Shown here: in pieces, positions 1 to 8,261 of the stretch
Layout: every line of letters begins with the position of its first letter
How positions within the stretch are numbered: position 1 is the stretch's first letter
From: Zygophlyctis sp. KS116
Lineage: Eukaryota; Fungi; Chytridiomycota
Direction: 5' to 3'
NCBI GenBank assembly: GCA_054661495.1
Contig: BAAFSQ010000285.1
Location: forward strand, 1 to 12,921
DNA: 12,921 bases
Program-made: the position numbers and the translations under genes
Notes under the pieces: generated by a model
The model's input: only the letters and a program-made list of their open reading frames with translations
What the model was told of the DNA's origin: nothing
Databases searched by the model: none

Positions 1-1574
1 CCCACGTCCGTTCCCGGATGATTTCTGGAAATCTTGGTAAAATGATCATCCATCTTGGGCCTTCCAAATTGCGTTCTAGATCCCAATCCAGTGATTACAT
101 CTCTTTCTCGATCTCTATTAAGAGTAATATTTCTAATTTCATTTAATTTTAAGTGCTGAGTCAGGTAGATGTGAATTTCAAGGAGTTCACCAACCCCATC
201 TTCTTCTAATCCCATTAATAGTGACTGAAACCATTCAAAACATTGAGTGTCTTTAGCAATCCAAAAGAAATAAATCTTTTTTGGAATATTCAGATCACCA
301 TTTTTGCGTCGATTCCAAATCTCTTTCAAGATGGAAGCAAATGGAGTAATGCCAATTCCAGCTCCAATTAGAATACAAACATCATAATTGAACACATCTT
401 CCGCTGGAGCTCCATAAAATCCATCGATTTTTATACTTGGTAATACATCTTTCCTTGAAATAGTTCTTCGACCACCCTCAAGATCACATCCTAATCTTTT
501 AGCAAATTTTGTAGTCCAATCCCCGACAGCTCTTATATGGAAAGAAAGATAAGGATCCAGAGGAGATGAAGAAGCAGTAAACGGGTGCCATTCGTTAAAA
601 CCAATTTCTGGGCAAGAAATAAAAGCATATTGACCTGCTTTTAGATTCCCTACTTTTGAAACTTGAATTTCAATTGTATTTGACGGATGATGAATAACTT
701 TTCTAATCTCTACTTTTCGACTACCTCGCACTAATCTTAATATTTTTTCACCAATATATATCATAAATGGCCCAACAACCCATTTCCAATAGGAAGGACT
801 TTTGTTGCAGATGGAATTGTTTGAGAAAAAGTCTGAATTTCCCTTTTCTAAATATGTTCCAATTTCTGCATCGTTTTTTATAAAGCAGAAAGCCCCATGA
901 AGTGATGAATATCCAATGAAAAATATAAAGATGAGATGAATATGAGAAAAAATATGAAAGTATTTTGCTCGAACAACTGGAAGCGAGAACAGGATCATTA
1001 TAGCCAAAATCAGTCCTAATACAACTCCAGTTAATCCCGTAGGCATCTTAAACAATAGATCCCACCAAGTTATCCCAGCCCACTGGGAAATCTTTGAATA
1101 ATTAAATGCATGTCCTGAAACATGTAAAGCCGACCAAAAGATAATCGCAGCAACTGAAACCAAGTGCATTTCAAGATGAGCATCAAATGGTATTATCCTG
1201 TTTAGAATCGAAAACGATCGTAGGAATGTAATCAAGTTTCTACAAATCACTAGAATTGCAACTGCACTATTTAAAGAAATAAGATTTGCAGATGCTCTAG
1301 CTATAGGAAATCCAAAAGAGAATCTACTTCTAGTAATAGAATATTCATTAGCTTCCCATAGATGAATAAAAGAAACAATAAAGTAAGTTATTTGAATTAT
1401 CAGCCAGACACTGAATGCAATCTTTTTTCTACCTATCGATCAGATCAGTTTTGCATTACCATCATTAACCAGCCAATTGTCAAACTTGACTGCCCATTGA
1501 GGCTTTCCATCATTCGGCTGTGGAATGTATTCAGGAGAGAGTTTGATTACATGCATTTTCCCATCCTTGTTCAT
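1..1574 (-). CDS. noxB: NADPH oxidase (gp91phox-type, fungal NoxB-like); runs off the left edge. Exons 1574-1460, 1432-<1; 27-nt intron 1433-1459
   Basis: Absent from the ORF track; translated by hand. MNKDGKMHVIK...KFDNWLVND/GRKKIAF, ARASANLISLN, heme-ligand His pairs (MHLVSVAAIIFWSALHVSGH; SHIHLIFIFFIGYSSLHG), TGLTG, FAD motifs GQY..EWHPFT and HIRAVGDWT, NADPH motifs DGFYG, GAGIGITPF, IYFFW, DVITGL..RTQFGRP. NOX family call is firm; NoxB subtype rests on the N-terminal extension and WLVNDG motif and is less certain. Confidence 0.92.
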
Positions 1575-1769
1575 TATTAGTATTTTTAGATCGGAAATCC
1601 GCCGCTGAGGCGTTGTTATAAGCGGCAGAACAGGCCCCGATGAGGTCCCTTATGATTCATTCAGCGCTAGGTTACGATGAATGATTTTGTCCAACTCCTT
1701 CTACTCAAACGCCTGGACTCAAATTCTTACTACAAATTTGATCTTTTGAAAAAAATCCCAAATCAGATC
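1575..1769. promoter_or_regulatory. 195-bp divergent promoter region between the NOX gene and UTP4, with a PAC-like CGATGAG at 1638-1644
   Basis: Head-to-head ATGs. CGATGAG is the core of the yeast PAC element of ribosome-biogenesis genes; function here is inferred only. Confidence 0.45.
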
Positions 1770-4154
1770 ATGCCTGCAGTCAGTAACAGTGATAATGCGG
1801 ATCTTGCAATTGTGCACAAATGCAGATTTGTAGAGTATATGCCTTCAGGAATAACTGCATTGGCTTGGACTCCATCATCATCAAAACTTAAATTGTTGGC
1901 AGTGGCAAGAGAAAATGGAGAATTGGAAATTTGGAATCCAAAGGGATCATCCTGGTATTTGGAAAAGAAAATAGCTGGATCAAAGCATTCCCCAATAGAA
2001 GCATTGATGTTTATTCATCAAGATGGTTTAAGACTTTTCGCCGCATCACTAGATGGTCGCATTTTAGAATACTCTTTAGATGGGCTGAGAGTTATTCAAG
2101 AAGCTGATTCGCATGGAGGAGGTGTGTGGTCTTTGGCATCTAATCCCATGCAGACTAGATTAGCTATTGGTTGTGAAGATGGAGTTATTAGAATCTTTGA
2201 TATTGAACAAGGAAGTTTGATTTATTTGCAGTCTTTAGAAAGGTAAGTACTTTAAAAGCTTTGATATCAATTATCAATGCGTTAAATTTTATACTAATTT
2301 TATAGACATGATGGGCGTATTATTTCCTTGGACTGGGCTAAAGAAGTTGATCAGATAGTAGCAGGTAGTGATAAATCAACAATAAGAAAATATGATTTAT
2401 CTTTGGGAAGATGTATGGCAAAGATGACAGTTGATAAAGTGAATAAACAAGAAACTATAGTATGGACCGTCAAGTTTTTAAGGTAAAATAATTGATTCTT
2501 AAAAAATTTAACAAACAATTTTCTCGGCAATTCAATTCTAATATTTAGAAATTCAACCATAGTATCTGGCGATTCATCAGGAAACTTGATATTTTGGGAT
2601 AATTCTACATGCACTACATTAAAAACTATTAAAGCACATTCTGCTGATATTCTATGCATGGCCATTAAAGATGATGGGACCCAGATTTTTTCTTCGGGAG
2701 TGGATAGAAAAGTTATACAGTCAACTTTAACTGATATTCAAAATCCAAAATCTTGGGTAATTAATGCAGAAAAACGTTTTCATTCTCACGATGTTCGAGC
2801 TATATTATGGATTCAAGATAGACCGCATGAATGCCTCGTCACTGGTGGCATGGATACGCTTCTGATTATGTCTAGTCCTGTCAATGAATTTCCACGCATG
2901 AAGCAATATCGTATGCCATCATTCCCTCATAATCCTCCCATTCAATTAGCAAAGTCTGCTAAATTATTAATGGCAAGACTTGAGAATTGCATACAGGTTT
3001 GGAAATTGGGTGAAGGTAATTATTAGCATCAAATTGACATTTTAGTAACTACTCCTTCTGAAAAGTATAGCTCTTATGAGGATCGCCAAAGACTTATGAC
3101 TTCCAAGCCAAAACTGGTTTTTAATGTTAAATTAGATGTAATTTTACCTTATTAATCAAAAGTCAACGTTTAATTTAAATGCAAGTGCTATTTCAAGTGA
3201 CGGCCGCTGGTTAGCGGTATCTAGTTTGGAGGGAATACGATTGTTTATGCTAGATTTCAAGGTATGAGCACTTATTATTAAAAGTTAGGCTGAAAAGTGT
3301 GCAATTCATAAAGTGAAGACTTTCCCAGCAGAATCGCTACCCCCAGCATGCAATTTGCTTTTCAGCTCCGATTCGAAAAGAATCATAATTTCAGGGATGG
3401 ATTCCTCTATATATATTCTAGATATATCTAATCCTGAAATGGGTCAGACACAATTTTCTTTATTAGGCCGACTAGATCTATTGAACATTGATGAGAATCC
3501 AGGAAAACTAACTGATATCCTCACTGCTCATATTACAGTTTCAGCTGATGATCAATGGCTGGCAGTGGCTACGTATCAGCATCAAGTTCTTATATTTCAT
3601 CTGGATTCTCTTCGATTATCTGCTAAACTCCCTCTTTATGATTACCCGGTGACAAGTCTTTCATTCCATCCACAACACCCAATATTGGTTATAACATTAA
3701 CTTCAAATCAATTTTATCTCTATGATGTGGAAAATTCCTCATATGCGGACTGGACTAGAGAGTATATCAATCGCCTTCCTTCTAGATTGCTAAATAGAAA
3801 AGAAATTATTATGGGTTGTTGTTTCAATTCATCTAAACCTCAAGGAATAGTCCTTTGGGGCTCTAGTTATTTTTGCAATGTTGACCTACAGCGGGTAAGT
3901 TTTCTCTTGTTAACTTTTCATAGTCTGTCGGTGCTCCTGAATTACTTATTTCAGTAAATAAGCGCAAGAACATCCAAGAACAAAACTCTTCAAATAATGG
4001 ATCTTTCAGTGAATCTTTCAAGATGGATCATCGGTTTGGTCCTTTAATGTTTCTAGATTGCATTGGGAATGAAATAGTTGTTGTGGAACGTCCTGCTCTT
4101 TCCATTATGAAGAATCTTCCTCTCAGTTATTACAAGCATACATATGGTACATAA
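1770..4154 (+). CDS. UTP4: U3 snoRNA-associated WD40 protein Utp4/cirhin, ~714 aa. Exons 1770-2242, 2306-2482, 2549-3015, 3046-3137, 3163-3261, 3289-3894, 3924-4154
   Basis: Utp4 signatures VHKCRFVEYMPSGITALAW, LAVARENGELEIWN, TIVSGDSSG, HSHDVRA and C-terminal PLMFLD..EIVVVERP..LP. Six GT-AG introns (63, 66, 30, 25, 27, 29 nt) join the ORF fragments in frame. ATG 1770 preferred over the in-frame ATG 1677. Confidence 0.93.
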
Positions 4155-4162
4155 TAAATGGG

Positions 4163-4885
4163 TTACTTTATTTTGACTACAATTGCATCATGATCTGTTC
4201 CAGGAGAATTCCTAGACTTTTCTAAATCATCACCAGATATATAACATAGATCTATTGAAGTCCCGGGATCACGAAAATAAAATACATCATTTGGTATATC
4301 TACACCAACAAGCAAAATGTAATGTCCTTCAAAATCATCAACTGCAGAGAGAATATCATAGCCAGAACAAAACGAAAACGAGCAACTTAATAATTTATCC
4401 ATCCAAGAAATTCTTTCATTTTTGAAACATGGTATGCATCTTAAAATCCTTAAATCTACAAGCATGAGAATTGCATATCTTCCTGAGCCTAAAAACCGCC
4501 TGGCATCATCCAAGTCCAAAAGTAACGGAGCAACTCTAATCCCTTTTTCTTGAGAATTAGCAAATAAAGAATGTATTCTCTGACGATCAGATGATAGATC
4601 TTTTGAGTTTTGATAAAATAGCTGATTTGAATTAGAAAGATGAACGCCTACATAGGTAGTATACATTGTGAAATCAGGAATATTATATCTAGCCAGTAGA
4701 TATGCCAAATCAATAGTCCAAAGATCTTCAGTATTTATTAATTGATAAAGATCTCTTAACCTTCCGAACGGCTTCCCTCTAGCCAGTAATATCATTGATA
4801 CACAAGCCAATCCACAGTCCCACGGGCTTTCTTGAGTACAGTGAGGGACTAGTGCCACAACTCCCAGTATTTGACTGCTGATCAT
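4163..4885 (-). CDS. GUCD1: GUCD1-family protein (Guanylate_cyc_2; peptidase C39-like fold), 240 aa, intronless
   Basis: VPHCTQESPWDCGLACVSMIL, LWTIDLAYLL, FEGHYILLVG, YFRDP and C-terminal SRNSPGTDHD match family motifs. Confidence 0.88.
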   Translation of the reverse strand: MISSQILGVVALVPHCTQESPWDCGLACVSMILLARGKPFGRLRDLYQLINTEDLWTIDLAYLLARYNIPDFTMYTTYVGVHLSNSNQLFYQNSKDLSSDRQRIHSLFANSQEKGIRVAPLLLDLDDARRFLGSGRYAILMLVDLRILRCIPCFKNERISWMDKLLSCSFSFCSGYDILSAVDDFEGHYILLVGVDIPNDVFYFRDPGTSIDLCYISGDDLEKSRNSPGTDHDAIVVKIK

Positions 4886-5157
4886 TAATCAGCCTAGCCC
4901 ACAGCTTCAATTCGACTTGAGAGCTTCGACTCTAAAGCCTCGAATTTGGCAGTTTTGTACATTGAAATCGTAATGTTTACAAACTGACATTGTACAGCTT
5001 ATTTTCGCCATAATAGAAACTATTTTTAATTTAAAAAACACAAGTGATCGCTTTTAGATCAGCTTGCAACAACATGACGCATTTCATGACGTATATACTT
5101 GATCGGGTAAATTCAAAACATCCTAAAAGTTAACTCCAATCATTGGTTATTAAAGGG
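4886..5157. promoter_or_regulatory. Divergent promoter region GUCD1 / cyclin, with tandem CATGACG (5073-5079, 5085-5091) and TATATA (5092-5097)
   Basis: Head-to-head genes; motifs read directly, CRE-like function inferred. Confidence 0.4.
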
Positions 5158-5907
5158 ATGAATTCTAATTTCCCTCCAACTCCTCCATCTGATCAAGGCT
5201 CTGCGATCGGACTTATCAAAGAGCTCGTAAGTAAAAAGATTGATCGCCAAATGATTGGTACTACTAGAATTATACAAATTTAATAGATGTATTGGCACAT
5301 GTTGCATCTCAAACAATCACATGTTCCCCTTTTGGACCCGGATCATCACATGTACCTCCTCTTTCTACATTTCTAATTCAAATCGTAAAAAAAGCCAGAC
5401 TTAAATCATCTGTGCTACTTTTAGCATTAGTATATTTACTACGATTTAAAAAATCCCTTCCAAAAACTGCCCAAGGTAATACTATAATCTTTAAATTTTA
5501 GGAATGTACTGTACCTCTCATCGTATAATATTGGCATGTCTTATCGTGTCTGATAAATATTTAAATGATAGTCCATATCGTAATAAGTCTTGGGCATCAA
5601 ATTCAATTTATTTTTCTTTACCTGAAGTCAATCTCATGGAGAGACAATTACTTCAATTATTAGTAATATTATGTTTTCTAAAATTTAGGAATTTAAAATT
5701 CAAATCAACGATGATGAACTTGCAATTATTGTTTGGAATTCATATCGTTCATTTGCAGCCATTTCATCAGATTTTATTTTTTATAGATCACTATTGCATC
5801 AATCACGTTCTAAATTACTCATGCAAGATGATGGTAATGCATCTAACAAGAATGAGAAAAACAATGCATCCAGAAGAGGTATTAATACTCCTCCTGGACT
5901 ATCATAG
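5158..5907 (+). CDS. Pho85-type cyclin (Pcl1/Pcl2-like), ~222 aa. Exons 5158-5257, 5287-5475, 5502-5662, 5689-5907
   Basis: Cyclin box VPPLSTFL..LLLALVYLLRFKKSLP..GMYCTSHRIILACLIVSDKYLNDSPYRNKSWA..FSLPEVNLMERQLLQLL/EFKIQI. Introns of 29, 26 and 26 nt. Confidence 0.88.
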
Positions 5908-5974
5908 GTTGAATCCGTTAGATGAGGGTTTTAAATTAGGGAATTTCAAGACAGAAAATTCATTATTATTTCCG

Positions 5975-7300
5975 ATGCGCACATGGCTGACGTCCAATAT
6001 CCAACGCATGACTCAAGTAAGTAATGATGCCAAGAATATTGTTTTGCCCTGGCCATCATCATCGAAAGCGATCCAAAAATCATTTTTCAAACAAGGAATA
6101 TCATCCGCAAAGGCGTTAATAAGTAGAATGATCTATCCCAACACAAATCTAAAGACACCAGATGATTTTAGTAAAATCGTTTTAATTGGAATTCATGGAT
6201 GGTTTCCAGGTAAAATACTAAAAACAGGTATTTAATTTATTAATAATTCAAATCAAGTTACCGGAGAGCCTATAGGGACTTCAGATCGGTTTTTAGAAAA
6301 ATCATTTCAAGCATTATCATCATACTTTAAGGAAAATTATTCAAAAACTTTTGAGGATGGTGAAATCACTCAGATTTCTTTAAATGGAGAAGGAAAAGTG
6401 TTTTCTAGAGTTGAACTATTTCACGAACAAATTAAAGACTCTGAAGACTGGAAAAAGAGTTTAAAAAATGCAGATTTAATATATATAGCCGCTCATTCAC
6501 AAGGAACACCAGTTGGCATACTATTATTAGATCGGTTGATTAGAGAGAATTGGGTGAATCCAATCACGCAAAGGATTGTATTTTTAGGAATGGCAGGGAT
6601 ATCTCATGGACCATTTCCTCATTTAAGGTCTAGCTTCGTAGTTAGATATATAGAGGAAGATCCAGCAAGAGAACTATTTGATTTTAATCATGATGATTCT
6701 TTCATTTCTGTAACGTATCTATCTGCAGTAAGACGTCTTTTAGATTCTGGAGTTAGGATTACTACCATCGGAAGTTGGAATGATCAAGTAGTTCCTCTGT
6801 ATTCTTCCATATTATACGCAATCAATCATCCTCTCTTGTATCGTGCCTTATATATTGATTCTAATGATTATAATTCTGATTTTCTTTCTCATTTAGTAGT
6901 TTTTGGAATTAAGCTTAAAAATTCTGGATATTCTGACAGAGGACTTTTAATTTATCTATCCCAACATTTGGCTGGTAGTATTTACGGATTTGGTACAAAG
7001 GGTCATTCTGTTATATATGAGGAACAAAGTACATATTCTTGTGCTTTGGCCTGGGGTCTATGCGCAAATCCCGATTTATCTTCAAAGCCTTCATTTACAC
7101 AATTCAAAGCACCCAGCTTATCCAAATTGAATCCGTATCATCTACCATACATAATGGCAACTTTATTATCTGATCATCTTCCAGTAGAATTAAAGCGAGA
7201 TTTGGAACGTGTTGTAGAAATGTATGGGGAATGGGAACCAAAATCAAAGGATGGCAAAGAATTAAAATATCGTTTAGAGCCATTGAAATCCAAATTATGA
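5975..7300 (+). CDS. YML020W-like fungal alpha/beta-hydrolase, ~431 aa. Exons 5975-6227, 6258-7300; start uncertain
   Basis: KIVLIGIHGWFP..GEPIGTSDRF, nucleophile-elbow-like AAHSQGTPV, GMAGISHGPF, GSWNDQVVPLYSS, GHSVIYEE, NPYHLPY, C-terminal LKYRLEP. 30-nt intron 6228-6257. Confidence 0.8.
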
Positions 7301-7384
7301 ACTTAGATATTTATGTGATTCGCCAACGAAGCGAGATTGATTAATGTGGCACAAAATCGGAATTCCATTTTTTTGATATTTACG

Positions 7385-8257
7385 ATGATTAGAATTGATC
7401 AAGATTCACCTTTAGACGATGCTAAAACTCAATTCCTATCGAAAATACTTCCAAAGTCTGAAGCTGCATTGGGTGAACGTGTGACAATAACACCAAATCC
7501 TGGGTTTGTATTAAAGACATACATTATAGAGCCTGTGGAAAAGAGTAAATCCAAGCTATTTATAAATATTTGTGAGAATGAATACATTCCTTCTCCGCCC
7601 CTTACTACAGATGAGGAGCTAATAAAGGCAATTGAGGCTGGGGACAATACAAACTATCGCGTTCCACTCAGCTTATCGTTGCTCAAAGAAGACAAGGATA
7701 AATCAGGAAATGTATGTTATGTTGTGGATATTGTCATGAATTGTGACCCATATAAGAAGACTCTGGAAAATCCTAATTTTAAGGCATTTATGATGGAATT
7801 ATGTTTACAATGGATCGAGCAAAAATGCAGCATGAAGCTCGATAAAAGTAATAATCACCCATTTACAATAACTAGATTATTCATTTCCTAAGCTTAAATC
7901 AAAAGGATCGCTTTCAAAGCATACAATCAGAAAACCATCCAAGCCATTGATTGCCAAATTGGAGCCAATAATTCAAACTCCTGAATATAATATGCTTTTC
8001 GAACCAGATGAAAAAAATCCAGATTATATAATACTTGATGTTAAAATTCCCCTTATTGTAAGAAATTTGAAAATTGATTTTAGAATACAACTAAAGATAC
8101 AGTCCTTGAAGTTGAAAAGAGAAGGCTTATATTAACGGTACCAAATATGTACAAATTAGATATAAAATCGAGCCAAGATATTGATACTTTAGAAGTATTT
8201 GCACAATTTGATAAAAGTATACGTGTACTTACCATAACTTGTATGGTATTAAAATAA
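7385..8257 (+). CDS. PIH1: PIH1-domain protein (Pih1/Nop17/PIH1D1-like R2TP co-chaperone), ~272 aa. Exons 7385-7847, 7876-8057, 8084-8257
   Basis: ITPNPGFVLKT, KLFINIC, YRVPLSL, DKDKSGNVCYVVD, PKLKSKG, and a CS-like C-terminus ending AQFDKSIRVLTIT. Introns of 28 and 26 nt. Confidence 0.88.
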
Positions 8258-8261
8258 ACAT

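Noticed and set aside
1362-1580. 72-aa + strand ORF, and other short ORFs (2351-2665, 7429-7647, 8080-8265, 8288-8509, 8900-9115, 9282-9491, 10477-11191)
   Set aside because: Antisense or off-frame to well-supported genes; no recognisable motifs.
1601-1740. Hammerhead ribozyme or H/ACA / C/D snoRNA
   Set aside because: Core is CCGATGAG rather than CTGATGA and lacks a correctly placed GAAA; the hairpin before AGAACA is too short for H/ACA; no properly ordered C and D boxes.
1677-1769. In-frame N-terminal extension of UTP4 from ATG 1677
   Set aside because: Utp4 similarity starts after Met 1770 and the extension would leave only about 100 bp for two promoters; not fully excluded.
2243-2548. 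Long UTP4 introns as nested twin introns, micro-exon hosts or snoRNA hosts
   Set aside because: No internal GT-AG pair giving an in-frame micro-exon with normal-sized introns; too short and lacking boxes for snoRNAs.
4890-4950. Repeated TTCGA motifs resembling a tRNA T-loop or B-box
   Set aside because: No cloverleaf or acceptor stem could be built.
5834-5907. Additional introns in cyclin exon 4 (5834-5850, 5834-5856, 5879-5907) that might splice it to the hydrolase
   Set aside because: Each leads to a stop immediately or within a few codons.
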